DNA from: Armatimonadota bacterium
GTDB lineage: Bacteria > Vulcanimicrobiota > Xenobia > RGZZ01
Assembly: GCA_016868975.1 (NCBI GenBank)
Contig: VGFD01000001.1
Location: 1-45,533 of the forward strand
Direction of reading: 5' to 3'
DNA length: 45,533 bases
Shown: piece by piece, positions 32,635 to 42,196 of the stretch
Layout: each line of letters begins with the position of its first letter
Numbering within the stretch: the first letter of the stretch is position 1
Notes under the pieces: generated by a model
Seen by the model: only the letters and a program-made list of their open reading frames with translations
The model's database searches: none
Told to the model about the DNA's origin: nothing
Position numbers and translations under genes: made by a program

Positions 32635-33824
32635 GCGACGAGGTTGAACCCGTCTACCTGAGTGATTCCGTGCTTTTTCTCCAGCGCGGCAAACTCATCC
32701 CGGAATTTCGCTTCCATCTCGCGGCGCTCGCTCTCCGGCAGGAACGCGGCGCGCACGCCGTTGATGCCGATCTGCTGGAGGTCCTTTACCGACAGGCCCC
32801 AACGCTCGTGCGCTTCCTGGTAGTCGTGCGAGAGGTCGATGCCGCTGACCGCCGGGTCGTCCGTGTTGATGGTGACCGGCAGGCCCTTCTCGAAGAAGGA
32901 GCGCATCGGGTGCTGGTCCCAGGTTTCGACGGCGCCGGTCTGGATGTTGCTGGTGGGGCAAATTTCCAGCGGAATGTTTCTGTCAAGCACCAGGCTCTCG
33001 ACGGCGGGGTCCTGGTAGGTGCGCACGCCGTGGCCGATGCGATCCGCGCCCAGGTTCTCGATGGAGGTGCGGACGTTCTCGGGACCGCCGGCCTCGCCCG
33101 CGTGCACGGTGACCTTCAGGCCGGCTTTCTTGGCGTCCTGGAACACCTGGGCGTAGGGCCCGGGCGGATAGTGGAACTCGTCGTTGGCGAGGTCGAGGGC
33201 GACCACGCCCTTGTCCTGGTACTGCTCGGCGAGAAGCTCGGCCTGCCTGGCGGGCGCTTCGCCCATCTGGCGCTCGACGATGACGATGAGGTTGACGTTG
33301 ATGCCGGAGTCTTTCTCGCCCTGCTCCATGCCGGCCACGACGCCGTCCATGACGTCCTTGTGCGGAAGTCCGTAGGTGCCCGCCATGTAGATGGGGGAGA
33401 AGCGCAGCTCGAGGTACTTGACGTTGTCCTTCGCGGCGTCGTTGACGACAGCGCGGGTAATGTCGATGATCGCTTCCTTGCTTTTGAAGATTTTGCCGAT
33501 GGTGTCGAATTTCTTGAGGAAGTCGAGCAGGGTCTTGTCGTCTTTAGTGACCTGCAGGAAGGGACGCAACTCTTCGAGATTGCGGGTGGGCAGCTCCACG
33601 CCGTACTTGTCGGCGGCGGCCAGGAAGGCTTCGGGGGAGATGGCGCCCTCGAGGTGGCGGTGCAGGTCGACCTTGGGCATCGCCTTGAGGAAGCCCTCGA
33701 CGTCGCCTGTGCTCGGGGTGAAGGTCTCACGCTGGGCCCTGAAGTTCAGCCCGCCCACGTTGGTGGCGGAATCGCCCGTGACTCTTGGCCCAACCAGGCT
33801 GTTGGCGTTGAGTGCACCGATCAT
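32631..33824 (-). CDS. add: Adenosine deaminase
   Basis: Motifs DLHRHLEG, VTVHAGE, RIGHG and INTDDP. AAGGGG lies 9 nt upstream of the ATG at 33824. About 45 aa precede the conserved core. Confidence 0.9.
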   Translation of the reverse strand: MIGALNANSLVGPRVTGDSATNVGGLNFRAQRETFTPSTGDVEGFLKAMPKVDLHRHLEGAISPEAFLAAADKYGVELPTRNLEELRPFLQVTKDDKTLLDFLKKFDTIGKIFKSKEAIIDITRAVVNDAAKDNVKYLELRFSPIYMAGTYGLPHKDVMDGVVAGMEQGEKDSGINVNLIVIVERQMGEAPARQAELLAEQYQDKGVVALDLANDEFHYPPGPYAQVFQDAKKAGLKVTVHAGEAGGPENVRTSIENLGADRIGHGVRTYQDPAVESLVLDRNIPLEICPTSNIQTGAVETWDQHPMRSFFEKGLPVTINTDDPAVSGIDLSHDYQEAHERWGLSVKDLQQIGINGVRAAFLPESERREMEAKFRDEFAALEKKHGITQVDGFNLVA

Positions 33825-33948
33825 GACACGAACCCCTTGTCTCTTTTGACCAGTCTAGCAGGGGATTCACGGGGGGGCCATTGCCCGGATGTGAACATCC
33901 GGGCCTTCCGGAGGGTAATGCAGAGTGGGGGCGTACTGAGAAGTTTCA

Positions 33949-35187
33949 ATGAGCGTCCCCGAGGAAGACCGGGAAAGCCCGGTCATCCCGATTTCATGGG
34001 CCGTTGCGGCCCTCTTGCTGGTCCTGCCGTGGATTTGCGCGCGCCTCCTGGGAATCCACCCGGACGACGTCACCACCGTGGTGATGGCCGGGCTGTCCAT
34101 CGTGGGCGCCGCATTCATCCTCTCGTGGGCCGCCGAGCTTGCCCAGCTAGAGATGTCCCCGGCGCTGGCCACGGTATTCCTGGCGCTCGTCGCGGTCTTG
34201 CCGGAATACGCCATCGACCTGTACTACGCGTGGGACGCGGGCAAGGCGCTGGCCGTCTGGAACGGCGCTCCGCCGGTCCCGGAAGCGTTGGGACTTCCCA
34301 TGGCCAACATGACCGGCGCGAACCGACTGCTCATCGGCATGGGCTGGACCATGGTGGTGTTCATCCACTGCTGGCGCGCGAAGAAGCACGACCTGAGCCT
34401 GCAGGGCTTCATCGAGCTGGATCACACCTACCTGATCGCCGCAACGCTGTATTCCTTTGTGATCGCCTGGAAAGGCTCGCTGTCCATGTTGGACTGCGTC
34501 ATCTACGTCGCCATGTTCGCGATGTACGTGCGCCAGGCGATGCGCCAGCCCACCGAGGAGCCGCACCTGGAGGGGCCGGCCGCCATGGTCGGGTTGATGG
34601 CCCGCGGGCCTCGGCGCGTCGTGAACGCGGTGATGTTCGCGTTCGCGGGCTTCGCCGTCTTCCTGGCCGCGGAGCCGTTCGCGGAGGGGCTCAAGCACAT
34701 TGGCGAGCGCTTCAACATCGAGACGTTCTTGCTCGTGCAGTGGCTGGCGCCGCTCGCCTCGGAGTCGCCGGAGTTCATCGTGGCCGCCCTGTTCGCGTGG
34801 CGCATGCACGCGCGCATGGGGTTCGGCGCGCTGGTTTCCTCGAAGGTGAACCAGTGGACGCTGCTCGTCGGCATGATCCCGCTCGCCACGTGGATCGCGT
34901 CCAGCGGCCACCTCGCCATGCCGCTTGACGAGCGCCAGCGGGAAGAGCTGATGCTCACCGCCGCGCAGTCGGTCTTTGCGGTGGCCGTGCTGGGCAACCT
35001 GCGGATGTCGCTGTGGGAGGCGCTCGCGGTGCTGGTACTGTTCGTTCTCCAGCTCTTCATGCCGACCACGCAGATGCGCTGGGTCTTCAGCATCGTCTAC
35101 GTGGTGCTGGCGGTCGTCGTGCTGGCGAGCCGGCGTGAGTACCTGCCGGGCATCCGCGACAACTTCGTACGCTTTTTCCGCTTGTAG
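33949..35187 (+). CDS. Ca2+/cation antiporter (CaCA, Na+/Ca2+-exchanger-type) membrane protein
   Basis: Polytopic, with two alpha-repeat-like segments: WAAELAQ...VLPEYAIDL and PLASESPEFIVAALFA. Confidence 0.6.
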   Translation: MSVPEEDRESPVIPISWAVAALLLVLPWICARLLGIHPDDVTTVVMAGLSIVGAAFILSWAAELAQLEMSPALATVFLALVAVLPEYAIDLYYAWDAGKALAVWNGAPPVPEALGLPMANMTGANRLLIGMGWTMVVFIHCWRAKKHDLSLQGFIELDHTYLIAATLYSFVIAWKGSLSMLDCVIYVAMFAMYVRQAMRQPTEEPHLEGPAAMVGLMARGPRRVVNAVMFAFAGFAVFLAAEPFAEGLKHIGERFNIETFLLVQWLAPLASESPEFIVAALFAWRMHARMGFGALVSSKVNQWTLLVGMIPLATWIASSGHLAMPLDERQREELMLTAAQSVFAVAVLGNLRMSLWEALAVLVLFVLQLFMPTTQMRWVFSIVYVVLAVVVLASRREYLPGIRDNFVRFFRL

Positions 35188-35326
35188 ACGCAGGATTGCG
35201 GGCCGGAATTGAAGAAAAATCATTACCTCACTTCTCTCCGGGAGCCCGACAGGGCGATCAACCGTTGGAAGCAGGCCGTCAAGCCCAGATGGCGTCGGCT
35301 GTGCCGATCCCAAAATTGGAGGCCCC

Positions 35327-36580
35327 TTGAGCGCCACCCGCGCCCTGCCGAGCACTCGCAAGCCGCCGGATCACTGGCTGCTGGCCATCGTCTTCACGTT
35401 GCTCGCGCTTGGCCTGATGATGGTGTTCTCCTCGAGCAGCGTGACCGCCGCGGGGATGCGGGAAACCAACCACGACCCCTACTTCTTCATCAAGCGCCAG
35501 GGAATGTGGGCTTGCGTCGCGCTGATGGCCATGTGGGTGGCCATGCGCATCGACCTGGAGAAGTTCCGCAAGCTCTCCTTGCCGCTGGTCTTGCTCGCGG
35601 TCGGGATGCTGGTGGCGGTGCTGGTTCCCGGCATCGGCGTGGTGGTCAACGGCGCGCGCCGCTGGATCGCGGTGGGCGGGTTCACCTTCCAGCCTTCGGA
35701 GTTTGCCAAGTTCGCGCTGATGTTCTATCTTGCGGACTGCCTCGCGCGACGGGGCACGAAAATCCAGCAGGGCGCCCGTCTGGTTCCGCTGTTGGCGATT
35801 TTCGGATTGATCGTGCTGCTCATCGAGATGGAGCCGGATCTGGGAACGGCGCTGGTGGTGGCCGCTGGCTTCTTTGCGGTGCTTTTCATGTCGGGCGCGC
35901 GCTTCTCCCACCTGGCCGGGCTGGTTGGGATGGGCATCATGGGCGTCATCATGCTGATTATCAAGGAGCCGTACCGCTTTGACCGCATGCTGGTCTTCCT
36001 GGATCCCTGGAAGGACCCGGAGAAGAACGGCTACCACATGGTACAGTCGCTGCTGGCGCTGGGGAGTGGTGGCACCTGGGGGCTGGGTCTGGGCGAGAGC
36101 CGTCAGAAATTCTTTTATCTTCCCGAGCAGCACACCGACTTCATCTTTGCGGTGCTCGGCGAGGAATTGGGGCTGGTCGGAACCCTGGCCGTCCTGTCGC
36201 TGTTCCTGTTGTTCCTCTACAAGGGTTTCAAGCTGGCGGTGAAGTCACGCGACAATTATCTAGGGCTTCTCGCCGGCGGCATCACCTTCACCATCGCCTT
36301 TCAGGCGTTTCTCAATATTGGCGTGGTGTCGGGCGCCATGCCGCTGACCGGAATACCGCTGCCGTTGATCTCGTACGGCGGCACCTCCCTGGTGCTGACG
36401 CTGTCCTCAGTGGGCCTGCTGGTCAACGTCTCCACCCGCCGCCGCGAGCGCCGTGAGGAGAGCGAGGAGATCAGCGCGCCGGTCAGCGAGACCGAGAGTC
36501 TGACCCGGAAATTCCACGACATGGGCTACGGGCTGGTACCGGTCACGCGGGTGCGCGAGCGCCGTCGGGCGCGCCGCTGA
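35327..36580 (+). CDS. ftsW: SEDS-family peptidoglycan glycosyltransferase FtsW
   Basis: TTG start follows GGAGG. Motifs FQPSEFAKF, EPDLGTAL, LPEQHTDFIFA and GIPLPLISYGGTS. It lies directly upstream of murG. Confidence 0.85.
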   Translation: MSATRALPSTRKPPDHWLLAIVFTLLALGLMMVFSSSSVTAAGMRETNHDPYFFIKRQGMWACVALMAMWVAMRIDLEKFRKLSLPLVLLAVGMLVAVLVPGIGVVVNGARRWIAVGGFTFQPSEFAKFALMFYLADCLARRGTKIQQGARLVPLLAIFGLIVLLIEMEPDLGTALVVAAGFFAVLFMSGARFSHLAGLVGMGIMGVIMLIIKEPYRFDRMLVFLDPWKDPEKNGYHMVQSLLALGSGGTWGLGLGESRQKFFYLPEQHTDFIFAVLGEELGLVGTLAVLSLFLLFLYKGFKLAVKSRDNYLGLLAGGITFTIAFQAFLNIGVVSGAMPLTGIPLPLISYGGTSLVLTLSSVGLLVNVSTRRRERREESEEISAPVSETESLTRKFHDMGYGLVPVTRVRERRRARR

Positions 36581-37719
36581 TGCTCCGCGTCGTCGTCAGC
36601 GGCGGCGGCACCGGCGGGCACGTTTATCCTGCGATTGCGGTGGCCGGCGGCATTCGCGAGCGTTTTCCGGACGCGGCCATCTTGTTCGTGGGCACGCGTC
36701 GAGGCCTGGAGGCGACCGCCGTCCCCAAAGCCGGTTTCGAGATCGCGTACGTGCACGCGCGCGGCCTGGCATCCCATCCCCTCAAGCTGGCCCATGCGCT
36801 GTTCGACAACGCGCTGGGCACGGCGGAGGCGCTCGGGAAGTTGCGCGGATTTCGGCCGGCGGTGGTGGTGGGCAGCGGCGGCTATGTGTCCCTGCCGGTG
36901 GGGGCCGCGGCGCAGACGATGGGGATTCCCACGGTGCTGCTCGAGCAGAACGTGGTGCCCGGCAAGGCCACGAAATTCCTCAGCGGGCGCGCCACGAAGG
37001 TGTGCGCCTCGTTCGATTCCACGATAGGCAAGCTGGATCATCCGGAGAAGGCCGTGGTGACCGGCAATCCGGTGCGGCGGGATATTCTAGAGCGCACGCG
37101 AGCGGATGGGCGCGCCAGGATGGGCGTTCCCGAGGATGCCTTTTGCCTGCTGGTGACGGGCGCCAGCCAGGGGGCACGCTCGGTGAACGAGGCGGTGGTG
37201 GCGGCGCTTCCCTCGTGGAAGGAGCGGCCCTGGCAGGTCATCCACCTGACCGGCGAGGGCGAGTTCGCTTCGGTGAAAGGACGCGCCGAGGGCGCCGTGG
37301 AGGGCGGCCTGCTGAAGTGGCGCGGGATGGCCTTCTGCGACGACATGGCCAGCGCGTACGCCGCCGCGGACGTCGTGGTGGCGCGGGCGGGGGCGACGAC
37401 CATGGCGGAGCTGACCTGCCGCGGGCTGCCCGCGATCCTGGTGCCGTATCCGCACGCCGGGGCCCATCAAGTGGACAACGCCCGCTGGCTGGAAGCGCGC
37501 GGCGGGTCGGTCACGATCTTGAATGAGGACGCGCTGGCTTGTGTCGGGCCGGCGGTCGTGGGCCTCGCGGAAGACGCGGAGCGGCGCGCGCGCATGGCCG
37601 AGGCCTCGCGGGCGGCGGGTCACCCCGACGCGGTCGAGCGCATCGTGGACGAGGTGGCCTCGGCGGCCGGGATGCGGACGGTGGATTTAGCCACCGGAAG
37701 GCTGCATTCGTCCGAATGA
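36580..37719 (+). CDS. murG: UDP-N-acetylglucosamine--N-acetylmuramyl-(pentapeptide) pyrophosphoryl-undecaprenol GlcNAc transferase
   Basis: Motifs GGGTGGHVYPAIAVA, GGYVSLP and ARAGATTMAEL. The start overlaps the ftsW stop as TGATG. Confidence 0.9.
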   Translation: MLRVVVSGGGTGGHVYPAIAVAGGIRERFPDAAILFVGTRRGLEATAVPKAGFEIAYVHARGLASHPLKLAHALFDNALGTAEALGKLRGFRPAVVVGSGGYVSLPVGAAAQTMGIPTVLLEQNVVPGKATKFLSGRATKVCASFDSTIGKLDHPEKAVVTGNPVRRDILERTRADGRARMGVPEDAFCLLVTGASQGARSVNEAVVAALPSWKERPWQVIHLTGEGEFASVKGRAEGAVEGGLLKWRGMAFCDDMASAYAAADVVVARAGATTMAELTCRGLPAILVPYPHAGAHQVDNARWLEARGGSVTILNEDALACVGPAVVGLAEDAERRARMAEASRAAGHPDAVERIVDEVASAAGMRTVDLATGRLHSSE

Positions 37720-37802
37720 AGCCACCCGCTGGCTAAAGATGCCCGGATGCAATGCGGGTGGGGGGCGCAGGAGCCTCTCTGGGGGTCATCCAAGATCGCC
37801 CC

Positions 37803-39479
37803 ATGGCTTCTGAGTACATCCTGGTGGGGGTCGCGTGGCCCTACGCCAACGGTCCGCTTCACCTGGGGCACATCGCCGGGGCGTACCTGCCCGCCGATAT
37901 TTTCGCCCGCTACCATCGGCTCGCGGGCAACCACGTGCTCATGGTCAGCGGCAGCGACCAGCACGGCACGCCCATCACCATGCGCGCCGAGCAGGAGGGC
38001 GTGCCGCCGAAGGTCATCGCGGACCGCTACCACGCCTCGTTTGTGGATTGCTGGCAGCGCCTTGGCGTGCAGTGGGAACTGTTCACCGCCACCACCACTG
38101 AAAACCACTACAAGATCGTCGGGGACATATTCCAGCGTCTGTACGACAGGGGCACAATCTACCTCGACTCGATGGAGATGCCGTTCTGTCCGAAGGATCA
38201 GAAATTTCTCGCCGACCGCTACGTCGAGGGCACCTGCCCTTATTGCGGCTACACCGATGCCCGCGGCGACCAGTGCGACAACTGCGGCCGCACCTACAAC
38301 GCGCTTGACCTGAAGGAGCCTCGCTGCAAGTTCTGCCACACCACGCCGGAAGTGGCGCGGACCGAGCATTTCTTCTGCAGGTGGTCGGAGTTCAACGAGC
38401 CGTTGCGCGCCTGGGTGGAAGACAAGACGTACTGGCGCAAGAACGTCTTCAATTTTACCAGACGCTATCTCGAAGAGGGACTCAAGGACAGCGCCATCAC
38501 TCGCGACATCGAGTGGGGCGTGCCGGTGCCGATTCCCGGTTACGAGAACAAGCGCATCTACGTGTGGTTCGATGCGGTCATCGGCTATTATTCGGCGAGC
38601 CACGAGTGGGCACAGCGGAGCGGAGATCCGGAGGCGTGGCGGCACTGGTGGACCAACCCGGAGGCGCGCGGTTATTATTTTATCGGCAAAGACAACATTC
38701 CGTTCCACACGCTGCGCTGGCCCGCGGTGCTGATGGGCTGCGGCGGGCTGAATTTGCCCTACGACGTGCCCGCCAATGAGTATTTGAACCTGGAAGGATT
38801 GCAGTTCTCCAAGTCGCGCGAGCACGCGGTGTGGGTGCCGGTGTTCCTGGATCGCTTCGATCCGGATCCTTTGCGGTACTATCTGTCGATCAACATGCCG
38901 GACAGCACCGACGCCGATTTTTCCTGGAAGGAATTCCAGCGCCGCAACAACGACGAGCTGGCGGCCGCCTACGGTAACCTCGTGCACCGCATGCTGACCT
39001 TTATCGGGAAGCACTACGAGGGGACGGTGCCGCCCGCAGACCATCGCCAGCCAGAAGACGAGGCGCTCCTCCAAAAGATGCGCGACGCGTTCCCCAGGGT
39101 GGGCGGGCTGCTCGCCGCCTGCGACTTCAAGGATGCCATCCGCGACGTGATGGCGGTGTGCCGCGAAGGAAATCAATATCTTGATCAGCAGCAGCCCTGG
39201 AAGACCATCAAGGTGGACCGCGATCGTGCGGGAGCGGCGCTGAACACGATTCTGAATTACATCAACGGGCTGAAGGTGTTATATTCACCGTTCCTGCCGA
39301 ACTCGAGCGCGAAGCTGCACGAGCTGCTTGGCAACCCGTATCCCGCGTCCGAGGAGCGCTGGGAATTCCGCGAACTGACGCCGGGCGCCGCGCTGGCCCA
39401 GGGGCCCACGCCGCTGTTCAAGAAGCTCGAGGACGATATTATCGAAGAGCAGCTGGCGCTGCTCAAAAAGTCTGACTAA
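37803..39479 (+). CDS. metG: Methionine--tRNA ligase
   Basis: ATG at 37803 (MASEYILVG). HIGH motif PLHLGHIAG, zinc knuckles CPYCG...CDNCG, and the KMSKS-equivalent QFSKSREH. Confidence 0.9.
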   Translation: MASEYILVGVAWPYANGPLHLGHIAGAYLPADIFARYHRLAGNHVLMVSGSDQHGTPITMRAEQEGVPPKVIADRYHASFVDCWQRLGVQWELFTATTTENHYKIVGDIFQRLYDRGTIYLDSMEMPFCPKDQKFLADRYVEGTCPYCGYTDARGDQCDNCGRTYNALDLKEPRCKFCHTTPEVARTEHFFCRWSEFNEPLRAWVEDKTYWRKNVFNFTRRYLEEGLKDSAITRDIEWGVPVPIPGYENKRIYVWFDAVIGYYSASHEWAQRSGDPEAWRHWWTNPEARGYYFIGKDNIPFHTLRWPAVLMGCGGLNLPYDVPANEYLNLEGLQFSKSREHAVWVPVFLDRFDPDPLRYYLSINMPDSTDADFSWKEFQRRNNDELAAAYGNLVHRMLTFIGKHYEGTVPPADHRQPEDEALLQKMRDAFPRVGGLLAACDFKDAIRDVMAVCREGNQYLDQQQPWKTIKVDRDRAGAALNTILNYINGLKVLYSPFLPNSSAKLHELLGNPYPASEERWEFRELTPGAALAQGPTPLFKKLEDDIIEEQLALLKKSD

Positions 39480-39493
39480 ACCGGGGTAGAGCC

Positions 39494-40303
39494 ATGAATC
39501 CGATAGCGCTGTTACGTCCGTTTGACGGCTTTCTTGAGGAGGCACAGGCGTCGGAGGCGCCCTTTGGCCCGAGCGAGCGGACGCCGCACTTCTTTTCCGG
39601 GCGGTATGTTCGAGGTGTGTGCCAGGACGGTGACCGTCTGTGCGTGGCCGGCGAGTTCGGACTGGCGCGTGTGCACCTCGACTCCGGAGAAATTGATCGA
39701 TTCGACTTCGCCAACCTGCTGCCGTGAGGGTCCGCGACAGCGTGCGCGGCATTGCCGGACGCGGCGTTGGTGATCGGAACTGAGCGCGGCGTCTTGCACC
39801 GCGACGCATCCGGTTGGTGCCGAACAAGTTTCCCGCATGACGGTGGAATGGTTTACCGGGTCTGGGCGTCGCCTCACGGCTTCTGGGCCTCGCTGGGATC
39901 TGGACTATATTTCCGCGACCGAGAACGAAATGTCTGGAGCCGCTTGCATGGAGTGGATTCACTGCCCGGCAGCGTGCTGGAAACCGAGGACGGAGTCTAC
40001 GTTGCGGAGGATTCGCGAGTGGCTTTCTTTCCGCGTGGGGACAGTGCTTCGGTGGAATTGGAAATACGCAGTGCCACGCTGCTGTCGGATGCGCGAGGCA
40101 ACGTGTGGGTGGCGTCATCTGGCGGCCTTTTCGTCCTGCCGCATCCGAAGGCGCTTTCGAGAAACCCGGCGCTCGCGACCCCACAAGGGCCAGACGGGGT
40201 CGTCGCGCTGCTGCACCACGATGACAGACTGGTAACCTTCGGAAATGAAGGCGTCCAGGAGTTGCGAGATAGACAGTGGATTCCGATGCACGCGGCGAGG
40301 TGA
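39494..40303 (+). pseudogene. Propeller-repeat (two-component-regulator-propeller-like) protein fragment with in-frame TGA at 39725-39727
   Basis: Track ORFs 39494-39727 and 39752-40303 share one frame. The junction reads ...FANLLP*GSATACAALPDAALVIGTERGVLHRD, so a repeat unit continues across the stop. Repeats include LLSDARGNVWVASSGGLFVL. Confidence 0.55.
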
Positions 40304-41829
40304 GAAGGCTGTGGCGCGCGGCCAGTCCGTTGTGCGTCGCCGGTGAGTGGCGCCTCTTCTTTGAGGGCGAGGTGGAACGCGTCGCTGGCGCGTGGGGCCC
40401 CGAGTGCAGCTCCGCAAGATTCTTCTCGCTGTCGGGTGAGCGGATTGTGGCGGTTTCCAAGGAAGCCTCCCTGGAGTGGCGCGATGGAGCCTGGCACCCG
40501 GCGTCTCTGCCTCCGAGCGCGCGCCTGCTGTGTGCCGACTTTGACGGAAAGTGCATCGCTGTGTGCTGGAACGGCCAGGTGTCGTCTGCTTTGCGCCAGG
40601 AAAACGGCCAGTGGCACTTTCTCGCCGGCGCCGGCGTTCCTCAGCAGGAGCCGACTTCTCTTCTTGCCCACGGCGGCGCCCTGTGGCTGGCCACCGACGG
40701 TGGGGGCGTCGCACGATTTCAGGAGGGCAAGTGGAGCGTCTTTACGCGCCGCCATGGCCTTCCCTCCCTGGAAGTGGACGCTCTGAGCGTCGACCCGGAC
40801 GGGGCATTGTGGGCGGTTACGAGAGAAGGGATCTGCGTGCTGGAGGGAGAGCGCTGGCAGCCGCGCGTCGAGGCGGATGAAACCCACGACCGCTCGTTTG
40901 TCCAGGGGCTTGTCTGGAGTGCTTCCGTCGTGTGGATGGTGGGGGTCTCCGGTTCCAAAGTATTGACCACGAACGGTTTTGAGAAGCTCTCGGTCGATGT
41001 CAGATTGGAGGCTCTGCGCGAAGCAGGTGGCCAAGTCTGGGGAATCTCGCGTGCCGCGCTCTATCGCGTGGAAGACAGTCGCTGCACTCTCGTCCTGGAG
41101 GCGAGGCAGGCGCCCGCGGAAATTCGCGACGTGATCTGGACGCCGGATGGAAAATTGTGGCTCGCGCTGGAAAACGGGATGACGTGCATCTCAGCGGCGG
41201 GTAACCCGGCGGCGCCCTGGGTGAGTGAGCCGTGGTGGAACAACTTCCTGTTGCCTTGCGAAAAGGCTGCCCTGGTGGAGTCTCGCACGCCGCTAGACAC
41301 CTTCTCACGATACTCCGCGTTCGCGCGGTTGCAGAAGAGCGGGTTGCTCCGCCACTTGAGCGACGAGGTGATACGCCAGGAGACACGGGACCTGCTCGAT
41401 GACGGGGTCGACGACGAGGACGCGCTCTCTGTGTTGGTGAGCGAGCTTCTCACCCGGCACCATGGCTTTTCCGTTGACTGGAAGTGTGAGGAGGCGGAGC
41501 TATCGGAGGCTCTTCAGCGGGTGGCGCGGGTGCACGGATTGCCGGTTCGGGAAGTTACGGAGTTTCCGTTCCACATCAGCGACATCCCATTCCGCATCGT
41601 GTTCCATGACGGATCACGACAGTATGAGCGAAGCGCCGGGTGGCAGTGGCGTATCGAGATTGTCGACGAGTGGAACGCCCTTCTTCGTCGTCACGGCATG
41701 GCGCAAGAATTTGTCCTGGCGGCGGAGGACTCGGATCGTTTTACTTTCGTCTTCGCGGCCGGGGAGAGCCTGCCATTCCTTCTGGCGCTCAAAGAACCGG
41801 AATTCGTGCTCATTAAAAACGCTACTTAA
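40276..41829 (+). CDS. Propeller-repeat protein with unknown about 190-aa C-terminal domain; possibly the 3' part of the same disrupted gene
   Basis: GLPSLEVDALSVDPDGALWAVTREGICVLEG and GGALWLATDGGGVARFQEG are Reg_prop-like repeats. The LCVAGE motif recurs here and in the 39494 fragment. It overlaps the previous ORF by 28 nt in a different frame. Confidence 0.55.
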   Translation: MDSDARGEVRRLWRAASPLCVAGEWRLFFEGEVERVAGAWGPECSSARFFSLSGERIVAVSKEASLEWRDGAWHPASLPPSARLLCADFDGKCIAVCWNGQVSSALRQENGQWHFLAGAGVPQQEPTSLLAHGGALWLATDGGGVARFQEGKWSVFTRRHGLPSLEVDALSVDPDGALWAVTREGICVLEGERWQPRVEADETHDRSFVQGLVWSASVVWMVGVSGSKVLTTNGFEKLSVDVRLEALREAGGQVWGISRAALYRVEDSRCTLVLEARQAPAEIRDVIWTPDGKLWLALENGMTCISAAGNPAAPWVSEPWWNNFLLPCEKAALVESRTPLDTFSRYSAFARLQKSGLLRHLSDEVIRQETRDLLDDGVDDEDALSVLVSELLTRHHGFSVDWKCEEAELSEALQRVARVHGLPVREVTEFPFHISDIPFRIVFHDGSRQYERSAGWQWRIEIVDEWNALLRRHGMAQEFVLAAEDSDRFTFVFAAGESLPFLLALKEPEFVLIKNAT

Positions 41830-42196
41830 GCTCTAATTCTCCGCTGAGAATATTTTCCACGCGCTCCTCCAGCCGCGCCGGGGACGGTGGGTCGGCCCGC
41901 AGTGAATTGAGGACTCGCGCCAGATGGGGAGCCGCTGCCGACATTTTATCGAGTTCCGCGGCATCGGCGGCACTAAGTGGAATGGCGGGCGCACGGGACA
42001 ACAGGTGCTCCTGGAATTTGTCCCGCGCTGAGCTGCTCTCGAAGTAAATGTCAACCTGCTCTCCCTCGCGCGTCCCGGATACTCGCAGTGGATAGGTGTT
42101 ACCCTGTTTATCGAGTTCAAAAACGATTCCGATGTGATCGCAGCGAATTGCCATCGACCGGTCCCATGCATTGAGCACGAAAAATTCTGGCGTCAC
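41822..42196 (-). CDS. Small hypothetical protein (124 aa)
   Basis: GTG start immediately follows the upstream TGA (TGAGTG). There are many A/T-ending codons compared with neighbouring genes. Confidence 0.45.
   Translation of the reverse strand: MTPEFFVLNAWDRSMAIRCDHIGIVFELDKQGNTYPLRVSGTREGEQVDIYFESSSARDKFQEHLLSRAPAIPLSAADAAELDKMSAAAPHLARVLNSLRADPPSPARLEERVENILSGELELK

Noticed and set aside
40273-40303. Programmed -1 ribosomal frameshift joining the second and third propeller ORFs.
   Set aside because: The only interval where the frames could be joined has no slippery heptamer and no obvious downstream pseudoknot or hairpin. A 1-nt indel is simpler.
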